The notes under the pieces are model-generated. The model had not been told where the DNA came from. It did not search any database and saw nothing but the letters and a program-made list of their open reading frames with translations. A DNA stretch of 64,000 nt, taken from a virus. This document shows positions 21,782 to 30,510 of this stretch, piece after piece. The position numbers and the translations under genes are program-made. Numbering within the stretch: the first letter of the stretch is position 1; each line of letters begins with the position of its first letter. The DNA lies in IMG/VR virus record IMGVR_UViG_3300045988_102159, positions 64,001 to 128,000 of that record. One strand, 5' to 3'.

Positions 21782-22431
21782 AGGTACTTGGATCGCCATT
21801 GTTCGCCATAGAGAACGTAAAGTTACTCTGGATTTTACCACGAGGAATGACGAATTCGGCAGGAAGGTCTACGCCAGTCTCTTCATCACGGAAAAGTGTA
21901 GACGCTTCAATGTAATAGTAACCAGCGAAGTTCTCAGCATCAATCTGCATCTCATAGGCTTCATCGTAATGAACCTCATAGCAGTCAATGCGGACGGTAT
22001 CGCCAGCCTTTACAGCGGCATCTTGCTTGCTATCGCCGGGTTCATCGGCGGCAAGCTGGAAAGCGATAGTTTTACCTTCGGCTTGAATCTCACCATGATC
22101 GCCAAGGGTGGCGGCAGCTAGGGTCTTGCCATCATTGATAACAAAGACCTGCTTGTCGGTGACAGCAGAAAGGTAATTAGCTTGAGCACCAGCACTATCA
22201 AGAGTAACAGGATAGATAGGAGCTTCTTTTGTAACGATGATAGTCGCGCCATTGCGGTCTTCATCGGTTAACTTGGCGATAATCTTATCGCCAGAGGTTT
22301 CGGCAACCATATCATATGTAGCATGGACATAGATAGGAGTCTTATTTTCACCAGTTTTCTTACCGTGTACTAGACCAGCACCAGACAGCATAGCGAAACT
22401 GGTAGGACTCATTAGAGAGTCTTCAAGAGTG
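21782..22431 (-). CDS. Major tail (tube-like) protein, exon 4
   Basis: Corresponds to track ORF 21726-22412 plus in-frame upstream codons (..TLEDSL-MSPTSF...). The sense ends at ANNGDPST, and the ORF tail CLECLLLVFNW... is intron. An alternative 5' boundary is 22439. Confidence 0.75.
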
Positions 22432-22658
22432 CTTTTTAAACATATATACTTTCATATATAAACAGACTATATCTTATCTTTCGATTTTCTCACTTCCTTG
22501 CTTACAGCAAGTACACCTATACAGGTTAGTCGTTGAACCATTTTATTTGGCTGCGGATTGTCTAATTCTTATGGATTATTACTATAAAATAGTACCATAA
22601 AACTCTAAAGAGGTTCCCGCAATTCAAGAAATTTAATGACCCCCACATTTGTTAATTA
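22432..22658 (-). mobile_element. Group I intron C of major tail gene (~227 nt)
   Basis: P1 UGACCCU/GGGGUCA with U.G. Also AAUUGCGGGAAC, CCGCAGCC, GUUCAACGACUA (rc 22527-22538) and AGAUAUAGUCU (rc 22464-22475). Confidence 0.85.
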
Positions 22659-22679
22659 AGGGTCAGAGTCTTTTCACCA
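22659..22679 (-). CDS. Major tail protein, micro-exon 3 (~19-21 nt, GEKTLT)
   Basis: GGUGAAAAGACUCUGACCCU lies between the 3' end of intron B and the P1 of intron C. The frame from GGU through exons 4 and 5 is exactly 292 codons. The 5' boundary is uncertain (22676-22679). Confidence 0.6.
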
Positions 22680-22911
22680 CATTTGTATTATCTGTATCTT
22701 TATATATACATACAGCTTAGACTATATCTTTATTCTTTTAGAATATCTTGCACTTCGGATTGTAGCATCCTACACCTTAAAGGTTAGTCGTTGAACTTTA
22801 CTAAAAGTCTTAGCTGCGGATTCCCCTCGAAAGGGCTTTCCCGCAATTCACAAAATTTATTTCATTCTTAATGGTATACAAGCATTAAGCGGCCTGAGCA
22901 GTGAAGAAACT
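22680..22911 (-). mobile_element. Group I intron B of major tail gene (~230 nt, boundaries +/-6 nt)
   Basis: Contains AAUUGCGGGAAAGCC, CCGCAGCU, GUUCAACGACUA (rc 22785-22796) and AGAUAUAGUCU (rc 22709-22720). I could not draw a convincing P1 with a U.G pair, so both junctions are approximate. Confidence 0.75.
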
Positions 22912-22935
22912 TTCCCAGGCGATTAGACGAGGATT
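22912..22935 (-). CDS. Major tail protein, micro-exon 2 (~24-30 nt, NPRLIAWE..)
   Basis: AAUCCUCGUCUAAUCGCCUGGGAA starts directly after the omega-G of intron A (22936). It continues exon 1 in frame (..YAQGGKG-NPRLIAWE). The 3' boundary is uncertain (22906-22912). Confidence 0.6.
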
Positions 22936-23676
22936 CATAATATTCTAAATAGGTCGTTACTCTATTTATTGTTTACACAACTATATATTGCTATATAGAT
23001 TAGACTATATCTTATGCTAGATTACTAACATTTTCCTATTTCAAGCTACTTAGCTTTACTTCCTTGCGGAATAGTCGTTGAACTTTATTGAGTTATCCAC
23101 CTATAACCTCCTGTAGTATGACGTTTACCGCTACAAACAAGGCTAATTTTGCTAACACTACAACCTGTCTGACGATGCGCTTCTGACATACTTTTAAATT
23201 CACCAATAACATTTCCATTTAAATCAAGTTGGTAAACAGGAATCTCTGGATAACTTCCACTATTTACTTTATGCTGAACATAGCTATCATTCTTTTGACG
23301 AATAACCCAACGTAAATTTGTCAAATTATTGTCATCTCGAATTTCGTTTATATGATGACATTCCTCTCCTTCTAATGGAGGGCGAAGAAAAGTCTCAAGA
23401 ACCAAACGATGAATACGCCAATGTTTATAAGTGTTATTCTCTGTATTATATAACTTTACATACTGGTATCCATCTTTGTCATATTGAGGTTTCAACATAC
23501 GTTTAGTTGAAACAGTTCTAATTTCACCATGTTCATTTACCTCATAATAAGGAAAATCTTTTACAACTTTCCACATAAATAGCGCTCCAATCTTAGATGC
23601 TGATTGTCTTATAATACTTATATTATATCATAAGAGTTTCCAGCAGTCAAGGAAATTTTACAAGAGCAATCTATTT
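22936..23676 (-). mobile_element. Group I intron A of major tail gene (741 nt) carrying an HNH homing endonuclease ORF
   Basis: P1 AAGGGU/GCUCUU with U.G. Also UUGACUGCUGGAAAC, CAAUCAGCAUC, then the ORF, then GUUCAACGACUA (rc 23072-23083), AGAUAUAGUCU (rc 23002-23012) and a terminal G at 22936. Confidence 0.85.
23085..23576 (-). CDS. Intron-encoded HNH homing endonuclease (163 aa)
   Basis: N-terminal NUMOD4-like W..V.DFPYYEV...G.I motif, an H-N-H core (HRLVLETF...CHHINEIRDDNNLTNLRW) and a C-terminal HTH-like tail. Located inside the ribozyme core between the P6 and P7 elements. Confidence 0.8.
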   Translation of the reverse strand: MWKVVKDFPYYEVNEHGEIRTVSTKRMLKPQYDKDGYQYVKLYNTENNTYKHWRIHRLVLETFLRPPLEGEECHHINEIRDDNNLTNLRWVIRQKNDSYVQHKVNSGSYPEIPVYQLDLNGNVIGEFKSMSEAHRQTGCSVSKISLVCSGKRHTTGGYRWITQ

Positions 23677-23850
23677 ACCCTTGCCTCCTTGTGCATAAAC
23701 AGTAGTAGCAGCACCCTCAAGGCTAGAAGTCTTGGCAGTATCAATGTAAAGCATAGGCTGACCAGCATCGAAGTGCTGACCACCAAGGTCTACGGATGTT
23801 AGTGGCTTGAAGACCACATCACAAATCTCGCGCACACCAAAACGATTCAT
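23677..23850 (-). CDS. Major tail (tube-like) protein, exon 1 (58 codons)
   Basis: ATG 23850 with AAGGAG RBS, encoding MNRFGVREICDVVFKPL...TTVYAQGGKG. Too short for the ORF track because intron A brings an in-frame stop right after GGU. Confidence 0.75.
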
Positions 23851-23958
23851 AGATTTCTCCTTACGTTTAGGAATTTGTATACAGTTTCCTTAGTCATAGA
23901 AACATAACGCGCTAATTTCTATGTCTATTATATAAACGCGGCAAAACCACGATTATAC

Positions 23959-24729
23959 TCAGTAAATACCATCCATCCAATTATCAGGTTCATCCATCTT
24001 ACTAACATCCATCATTGGAGTAGTAGCAACTTTCTGATATAAGTCGTATGCCATTTTAAGTGTATACCTCTTAATACTGTCAAACAACTGAAATGGAGTA
24101 TAGTTATATATGACATTAATATCAATTGCCAAACCAATAGAAAGAGCAGAAGCATAATTACCAAATATACTATTAGCTTTTTTCTTGTCTTTATCGCTCT
24201 TTATCTGATTTCGTATTTCTCGACCACGTTGAAGTTTGGCCGCAATCTCGGCAGCTGCGTCATTAGCAGGGTTAAATTCTTCTTCATACTTATCAGTGCC
24301 TACTGGTAAAAACAACTCTTTCAATGTAATTCTGAAATTTTCAAAATTCATAGGATTAAGTTGCCCTACTATTGGCCCACTCTCCTGTACCCTAAAATTA
24401 ATGCACCCAGCGTCATATTCAACTATATAATCAGGGAAAATAAGGCCAAAAAGATTATCTACATTTCTTTTTGTATTTTCGTCCTGTTGGATGATTACTA
24501 ATAATATTTGAAAATCGTCCATATACCCTAATTGACTTTTGCCCACGTTTTTCATTTCTGCGGCAAGTTCTTTTGCCTTGACAAAAAGCTCAACGGACAT
24601 AAGAAACGAATCTTCACCAAAAGCGCAAATATCTTTAATAGACGGCTGCGAGATAGCAATATTAGCTCCCGCAACCGTCACTGGCATTCCAGAAAGATAT
24701 TTACCTAAATCTCCTTGTAACTCTGACAT
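23959..24729 (-). CDS. Head-tail joining / tail-module protein (256 aa)
   Basis: ORF track. Co-oriented between the connector genes and the major tail gene. Confidence 0.5.
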   Translation of the reverse strand: MSELQGDLGKYLSGMPVTVAGANIAISQPSIKDICAFGEDSFLMSVELFVKAKELAAEMKNVGKSQLGYMDDFQILLVIIQQDENTKRNVDNLFGLIFPDYIVEYDAGCINFRVQESGPIVGQLNPMNFENFRITLKELFLPVGTDKYEEEFNPANDAAAEIAAKLQRGREIRNQIKSDKDKKKANSIFGNYASALSIGLAIDINVIYNYTPFQLFDSIKRYTLKMAYDLYQKVATTPMMDVSKMDEPDNWMDGIY

Positions 24730-24741
24730 GCCGCACCAGCT

Positions 24742-25353
24742 TTATAAATCTTGCGGCGCAGGCTTAGTATTATCAATATTCTCTGAATCGTCCGCTTCAC
24801 TATGGGAGGAAGAATAGCGTAACATCACGCCACCTAAATATTCATTCAAGACTAGCTGTTGCGCACCTAGGAATTGTAGCTTGCCAATACCAGATAGACG
24901 AGTATCATTCATAATGCCGTCAACATATCCAGCAATCATCCAAGGACGTAACTGATAATCATCTAGTTCCCAATAGTCAAGTTGTGAGATAATTGTAAAG
25001 CTAATAACGCAATTGCGATAGCGAGGATTCTCAGAAGGAGAAAAATCATCAAAGTCTAACATGATATAAGATTTAACCTCTTCATGCTCCCCAAAAGAGA
25101 GTTTAGGAGTAGCCTTAATATATTGATTATCATGTAGGTCTTTAATAGTATATTGTTCAATCTTACGCTGATATTGGTCTTGCGTTTTGTCAAGACAATC
25201 AGGCGTATTGATAATAAGTAATTTTTTTAGCATATCGCTATAAGGTCTACTTTCAACAAAGAGTTTGCGCCAAATGGTTTCTTGGTCTTCTGCGTGTGAA
25301 AGAAAAGTAGACTTATAATTAGTTCGTAAGATATTAGAAGCAACGTGTTTCAT
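24742..25353 (-). CDS. Head-tail joining module protein (203 aa)
   Basis: GGAGG RBS; synteny. Confidence 0.5.
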   Translation of the reverse strand: MKHVASNILRTNYKSTFLSHAEDQETIWRKLFVESRPYSDMLKKLLIINTPDCLDKTQDQYQRKIEQYTIKDLHDNQYIKATPKLSFGEHEEVKSYIMLDFDDFSPSENPRYRNCVISFTIISQLDYWELDDYQLRPWMIAGYVDGIMNDTRLSGIGKLQFLGAQQLVLNEYLGGVMLRYSSSHSEADDSENIDNTKPAPQDL

Positions 25354-25367
25354 GTAACCTCCAATCC

Positions 25368-26504
25368 TTATAACGATTTAATCTTAACTGGTAAATCTGT
25401 TTCAACATCACCATATGCCGCATGAATAACAAATTTACCTTTCTTGCCAGATACAATCTCTACTTTGCAAGAATCATTATTGAAATCTATAATCTTAGCC
25501 ATAGATTCATCATCAATAGAGAATGAAACTCTTTCACCTTCTGGAAGTTTCTTAATCCAATAGGTATGAATATCATATGGATAAACTTCTTGAGGCCCTT
25601 GGATTAACGGTTTCTGCCATTCGATAATTACAGTCTGGAAGAAATCTCCATAGCAAATATCAAAAGTTTTGATTGCACCTGCATATACTTTAACCTTACA
25701 CATGCGGCCATTCTCATATTCATCAAGTATTTTTACTCTTGGATTATTCTTAACTTCCCAATGAATCTTGGGGTCATATGCTTCATTAGAAATAGCATAT
25801 CCAACAATAGTATCTTGCTTAGCAGTTGTCGCACCGCTAATAACATTGATAGGTGTAGTTTCGTCTTTGAGAATACTGGGCAGCTCTGCGATGCTGTTAT
25901 CATAATACTCTTGGATTTCAAGCTCTAAAATACCCGGTACTGTAATCGAATCTGTAACTTGTACTTCCCATGTATGTCCCGCAAGTTTAATATGGGTAAA
26001 ACGATGAAAAAAGTTTCTAGTATTTTCATCATTCTTAATATAGATGCGGCTAGACAAGTTAAGTTCATTGACATTAATGTTATTCTTAATGAACCATCGG
26101 AGGTCTGTTTCTACGGGTCCACGCATATACACCCAGTATTCTTTACCGTTTACATCAAGTGTATAATCACAGCGAATAATCTCAGACCGCAGATAAGCCG
26201 TCTCTGTAATCACTGGCAGATAGACCATCCAATGAGTTCCACTGTCTAATAGCTCAAAAGTTTCACCAGCTTTTAAACCGCTCTTGAAATCTACAGAGAT
26301 ATACTTTTTATCGTAATCAGATTTTAAGCCTCCTGACATGGAATTAATAAGACAAGGCCAAGACTGATTATTGAATTTAATCATTCTTTTATTATAGTCA
26401 TTTTTTAAAGCCGCTTGAAAAGACCTATACTTAGACTGATTAATTCTTCCCATGTTATCGCCGCCAAGATAATTAAGACGAGCACCTAGTGTCTGCATAC
26501 TCAT
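25368..26504 (-). CDS. Head-tail joining module protein (378 aa)
   Basis: Start overlaps the upstream stop (ATGA); synteny. Confidence 0.5.
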   Translation of the reverse strand: MSMQTLGARLNYLGGDNMGRINQSKYRSFQAALKNDYNKRMIKFNNQSWPCLINSMSGGLKSDYDKKYISVDFKSGLKAGETFELLDSGTHWMVYLPVITETAYLRSEIIRCDYTLDVNGKEYWVYMRGPVETDLRWFIKNNINVNELNLSSRIYIKNDENTRNFFHRFTHIKLAGHTWEVQVTDSITVPGILELEIQEYYDNSIAELPSILKDETTPINVISGATTAKQDTIVGYAISNEAYDPKIHWEVKNNPRVKILDEYENGRMCKVKVYAGAIKTFDICYGDFFQTVIIEWQKPLIQGPQEVYPYDIHTYWIKKLPEGERVSFSIDDESMAKIIDFNNDSCKVEIVSGKKGKFVIHAAYGDVETDLPVKIKSL

Positions 26505-26821
26505 AGGCTCTCCCTAATATCGTTGGAAATATTACATGCTTCAAAAATCATGCGGCGAAAAAGCATAAATTCAATATCTTTTCCTTGTTCTTTAATGCCT
26601 TGCAGCTTATATACGAGTTGATAAAGTTTTGGCACATTAGGAGTTACAAGAGCCATGCCTGTAATCTCTATAACTAGAGTATCTAATGGCTTAATCCAAT
26701 CTTTACCACTCTCAAATGTAGGTAGAAGTTTAAAAATTTGATTTGTTATGCGCTCTAAACTATCCTTTACATTTTCTACCTGATAGTTTAAAATCCTATC
26801 ATCTATTACTATTAATGCCAT
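26501..26821 (-). CDS. Head-tail connector-size protein (106 aa)
   Basis: ORF track; tight packing. Confidence 0.5.
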   Translation of the reverse strand: MALIVIDDRILNYQVENVKDSLERITNQIFKLLPTFESGKDWIKPLDTLVIEITGMALVTPNVPKLYQLVYKLQGIKEQGKDIEFMLFRRMIFEACNISNDIRESL

Positions 26822-26822
26822 T

Positions 26823-27332
26823 TTACTTCACTGGTTCCATAATCATGCCAAAAGAAGAACGAACATTGCCTTTCTTATCAACATATCTACGGCAATAAAG
26901 CCGCTGAGCGTGAAAGGCTTTCTGTTCATACTCCTGCTTCATTGTAATAAGTGAGCGCATATGATTGGCCTGAGAAGTGAATGCAAAATCAGAACTTGAA
27001 TATTTCTGACGAATAAGGTCAACAGTGGCAAGCTGATAACTAATCCATTCGGCAATCATATAGTAACGAATGATAATCTTTTCCTCTACAGTAAGGCATG
27101 TAGAGAAACATTTATTTTCATAGTCTAAAGTAAATGGGTGCGCCCAATGCGGAAACTCAAATTTAGGAACTGCCGCAATCAGAATTTCCTCAAGCAGCTT
27201 TTCAGTATCCTCTTTTGTAAGTTCCATAAACATATCATCGGTAACGCCCGCTAGGAAAAACTCATACATCTCCTGAAAAGAAGTTGGAGGTATGACTTCC
27301 ATATCTTTATCAATATCTGTATCTTGTGGCAT
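26823..27332 (-). CDS. Head-tail connector-size protein (169 aa)
   Basis: GAGGAGG RBS; synteny. Confidence 0.5.
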   Translation of the reverse strand: MPQDTDIDKDMEVIPPTSFQEMYEFFLAGVTDDMFMELTKEDTEKLLEEILIAAVPKFEFPHWAHPFTLDYENKCFSTCLTVEEKIIIRYYMIAEWISYQLATVDLIRQKYSSSDFAFTSQANHMRSLITMKQEYEQKAFHAQRLYCRRYVDKKGNVRSSFGMIMEPVK

Positions 27333-27358
27333 TGGGCAAACCTCCTACTTATTTCATA

Positions 27359-27928
27359 TTACTCGGTAGTTGCTTTGACACGGCGCTTGCGTGGCTCGGC
27401 AGCTTTCTGAACTCGGCGCTGACGTGGTTTATCAGCAACATTGGTATCGCTATTATCATAAGCATGTTTATTCTTAATAGCGGCATCAATATCGACACCT
27501 GTCTTTTCCGCAATAGCTTTAATTTTAGCACGGTCATTGATTTCAAGTTCAATAGCCTTATCTTTAAGAGTCTCTACAATACCTTGCGGCGCAAAATCAA
27601 GAGCGTCCAAGAGTACATCAATCTCATCTTCAAGCAAACACTTCTTTACGTCTGCTTCTGTCCAATTATATTCAATGGCATCACAAGGGACGCCAAATTC
27701 TGCGGCAAGTGACTTATTTCCTACATTGATATAGTTCTGTAGAAGAATAGAGCCACCGGGCTGGAAAAATAATTCACGTAGCTCACCTGCGGAAACACGC
27801 ATAGTAACGCCCGGAATAAGACGGCGTGCGCGACCAGAAGACGAAAGAATATAACCAGTCTCGCAGTTTACAATATTGCGGATAGGAACTAGTGTATCAT
27901 CGCTAATTAGTTCAACTTCATTACTCAT
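27359..27928 (-). CDS. Head-module protein with basic C-terminal tail (189 aa)
   Basis: Track ORF 27359-28273 trimmed to Met-116 (ATG 27928, AAGGAG RBS). The longer form overlaps the upstream gene and its terminator. Confidence 0.6.
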   Translation of the reverse strand: MSNEVELISDDTLVPIRNIVNCETGYILSSSGRARRLIPGVTMRVSAGELRELFFQPGGSILLQNYINVGNKSLAAEFGVPCDAIEYNWTEADVKKCLLEDEIDVLLDALDFAPQGIVETLKDKAIELEINDRAKIKAIAEKTGVDIDAAIKNKHAYDNSDTNVADKPRQRRVQKAAEPRKRRVKATTE

Positions 27929-27952
27929 ATTATATTTTCTCCTTTTAAATCT

Positions 27953-27982
27953 AAAAAAAGAAGGGACGCAGAGCGCCCCTTC
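27953..27982 (-). terminator. Intrinsic terminator after capsid/beta-helix genes
   Basis: Stem GAAGGGACGC/GCGCCCCTTC followed by 7 T on the minus strand. Confidence 0.7.
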
Positions 27983-27992
27983 CAATAATTTA

Positions 27993-28895
27993 TTATTTGA
28001 AATTAACAACGGGGTCGTTAACTCCATCAGCAAGGATTCCCTGAGTGTCGGCATATACATAATATACCTTATCCATTCCTTCACCTTTCTCCATGAGCTT
28101 CTTAGAGCCACGAACAAGGTTGTCGAAATTGATTGTAAACTTAGAGAAATCTTGCTTGCTGCCAGCCTTAGAATAATCCTGTAGCAGCATAAAAGCAGTA
28201 TAACCATCAGCATTTGGCGTATCACTATTGAATGAATACGTGGTATCCTTAAAATTAAAGATAGCAGAGACATTCTTAGGATTGCTTAGACGAATTGGGT
28301 TATTACTTACGTCAATATCTTCAAATACGTTACCCACAAAGTTTACGGTAGCACCTTCGGCAAGATTATAAAGGCTTACGCCGTTATTCTTTAGCTTACC
28401 CTTGAACGTATTATTCTTAAAGGTGACATCCGCAATATCACGTGCATTGCTGATGCTAAACTCAACCATATTGTAAATATTCTTATCGCCAGCATCGAAT
28501 ACGTTGTTCTCAAATACAATCTTGCCAGAAGTCATGACAGATAGTGCGGTGTGGGTAGTACCTGAAATTTCACTATTCTTTAGCGTGAAAGGCTTCGTAC
28601 CGTTAACCTTGACGGCAAGTGTCTTGTCATTAGCATCTGCGCCAGTAGCTACAAGTTTAACATTATCAAATGTAACTGCTGCATCTGAAACCACTACTGG
28701 TTTTTCAAAGGTTACACCATTACCCTTAACAGTAATATCATTATTAAAAGTTACAGGCTCTTCGATTGCAGCGGTTCCCGCAGGGACAAACAGTGTGCCA
28801 CCAGCGGGAACATTTGCGATTGCTTCTGAGATAGTATCATAATCGCCAGCATTTACCTCGTCTTTCCCAGGTGTGGGAGGTTCTGGGTCAGGCAT
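27993..28895 (-). CDS. Parallel beta-helix repeat domain protein (300 aa), probably made as a C-terminal extension of the capsid protein
   Basis: Repetitive N-x-x-F/V-x-N strands (pectate-lyase-like pattern). No RBS before its ATG. Its frame is open upstream into the capsid gene in the -1 frame, with a Pro-rich linker. Confidence 0.6.
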   Translation of the reverse strand: MPDPEPPTPGKDEVNAGDYDTISEAIANVPAGGTLFVPAGTAAIEEPVTFNNDITVKGNGVTFEKPVVVSDAAVTFDNVKLVATGADANDKTLAVKVNGTKPFTLKNSEISGTTHTALSVMTSGKIVFENNVFDAGDKNIYNMVEFSISNARDIADVTFKNNTFKGKLKNNGVSLYNLAEGATVNFVGNVFEDIDVSNNPIRLSNPKNVSAIFNFKDTTYSFNSDTPNADGYTAFMLLQDYSKAGSKQDFSKFTINFDNLVRGSKKLMEKGEGMDKVYYVYADTQGILADGVNDPVVNFK

Positions 28896-28906
28896 TGGAG
28901 TTGGGT

Positions 28907-29953
28907 TTAGCGAGTTGCTTTTTTTAGTGCTGTGTTCTGATAAGAGCAGATAGAAGGATTAGAGAATACAGCGACACCAAACTTCTTGTAAGTTTGGAGG
29001 TCGGTTGACCAATCGTCATTATCAGAAACTGTACGAACGGCAGTCTGACCCTCGAAGACAATCTTGACAGGCTTTTCGCCAACAGAAGCAAAGATGTAAG
29101 CCTGAGAGGGGTCAACAACCTTTTCGGCATTAGTTTCATCAACCATAGATTGCTGGAGGATGATTACAGGGTGACCCTTATAATCCGCGAAGAAGCCCTT
29201 GCGGAAAAGCTCTTCTTTCATGGAATCAGAAGCCCAGTCAGCAGAAGCAGGCTTCATAGTAGAAGCAAACTCACGAGTGCAGTAGATGGTAGAAGTACCA
29301 TTGCCGTAGGCGTCGGAAATAGCAAGCAGTTCGTCCATCTTAGTCTCGTCAAAGCCAGCGCCGACATACTTGTTAGCAGTAGGTAGCTGTTCGACAGTCT
29401 GTGTAAGAGCCTTTAGAATTTCAGCATAGATGTATTCATCGACACCTTCAAGCATGATATTAGTGAAGTCAGCGAATGAATAACGACCATCAAGGAATTC
29501 CTCAAAGCCAATGCGGATAGCATAGCCAATAGCGCTAGTAGCAACTTCGAGTTCCTTACCATCAAGCATCATTGTCTCATAACGACCAGCAAGGCCGACA
29601 CGAGTTACGAAAGCCTTGGCACGCTTACGAGCAGCTTCAGTAATGCGGAGCTTGAAGACGGCCTTATCGCCCTGAGCGATTGTCTGAACGTCAGCGAACT
29701 GTTCAAATTGCTGCATAACCTTGACGGGAAGAATCTCGTCAATGGTATTCTCAATTAGTTCGTAGACAGCGACCTCGTTGCGACGGAAGAGACGATAATC
29801 GCCAGCAAGTAGATTGAACTGTTCACGAAGAGTACGGTTAACGGTATCAACGTCAAATGATTCCTCGTTGCCATTTACTGAAAAAGTAAGGGGAGCATTC
29901 TTGGTAGCGGCACGAGCGAGCTTTTTAAGTTCGTCAAATTTCATTAGTTCCAT
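28907..29953 (-). CDS. Major capsid protein (348 aa)
   Basis: AAGGAG RBS. Size and position after the scaffold and the small head protein fit a capsid protein. Sequence feel of an HK97-fold capsid protein, not verified. Confidence 0.7.
   Translation of the reverse strand: MELMKFDELKKLARAATKNAPLTFSVNGNEESFDVDTVNRTLREQFNLLAGDYRLFRRNEVAVYELIENTIDEILPVKVMQQFEQFADVQTIAQGDKAVFKLRITEAARKRAKAFVTRVGLAGRYETMMLDGKELEVATSAIGYAIRIGFEEFLDGRYSFADFTNIMLEGVDEYIYAEILKALTQTVEQLPTANKYVGAGFDETKMDELLAISDAYGNGTSTIYCTREFASTMKPASADWASDSMKEELFRKGFFADYKGHPVIILQQSMVDETNAEKVVDPSQAYIFASVGEKPVKIVFEGQTAVRTVSDNDDWSTDLQTYKKFGVAVFSNPSICSYQNTALKKATR
28919..28925 (-). promoter_or_regulatory. A_AAA_AAA slippery heptamer (candidate -1 programmed frameshift site)
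   Basis: Seven A on the coding strand in X_XXY_YYZ register (CUA AAA AAA GCA), 4 codons before the capsid stop. The -1 frame runs stop-free into the beta-helix ORF. Confidence 0.5.
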
Positions 29954-29972
29954 TATCTATCTTACTCCTTTC

Positions 29973-30497
29973 TTATTCAGCGATGACTTGTAGTTTAAGG
30001 CCGGGCTGACCATCAGGCATGGTGGTGAGCTTAGCAACCTTGACGGCTAGACCTTCGCCCTTAGCGCCTTTCTCAAGAACACCATTAGTGCCGGGGACGA
30101 GAACGTCACCTAGGTCATAATCGTCAGCCTTGACGTTATTTGTGGTGAAAATATCACCAGCATACATGCGGAAAACACGAGGTGTCATAACGCCGTCATA
30201 GAAGTCAGACTTCTTCATGGCGTAGTCACGGTGCATCTGCTTACGCTCGTCATAGAGCTTTTCTTCATTGAAGACCATCATCCAAGGGCCTTCACCAGTG
30301 AAGTTAATTTTGCCAGCAGCATAATCGTACTTAACGAAAGTGCCCTGTTCAAGCATTGTAATAGAATCATCAGCGGGGAGCTGACCATAAACGCCACCAC
30401 TGCGGGGAGCAGAGAGGTGGTTAGGCTCGACAACTGAATAATTGTCGTGGCCTGTAAGCTGAACCTTAGTGTCAGCGCGGTCTACATGTAGAGCCAT
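29973..30497 (-). CDS. Small head protein (174 aa), possible decoration/auxiliary capsid protein
   Basis: AGGAGG RBS. Lies between the scaffold and capsid genes. Confidence 0.45.
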   Translation of the reverse strand: MALHVDRADTKVQLTGHDNYSVVEPNHLSAPRSGGVYGQLPADDSITMLEQGTFVKYDYAAGKINFTGEGPWMMVFNEEKLYDERKQMHRDYAMKKSDFYDGVMTPRVFRMYAGDIFTTNNVKADDYDLGDVLVPGTNGVLEKGAKGEGLAVKVAKLTTMPDGQPGLKLQVIAE

Positions 30498-30510
30498 TTA
30501 ATCCTCCTAT

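Noticed and set aside
27359-28273. 304-aa ORF overlapping the beta-helix gene
   Set aside because: The first 115 codons overlap the 3' end of 27993-28895 and its terminator, and look like low-complexity out-of-frame translation. A strong AAGGAG RBS precedes Met-116, so the gene was trimmed to 27359-27928.
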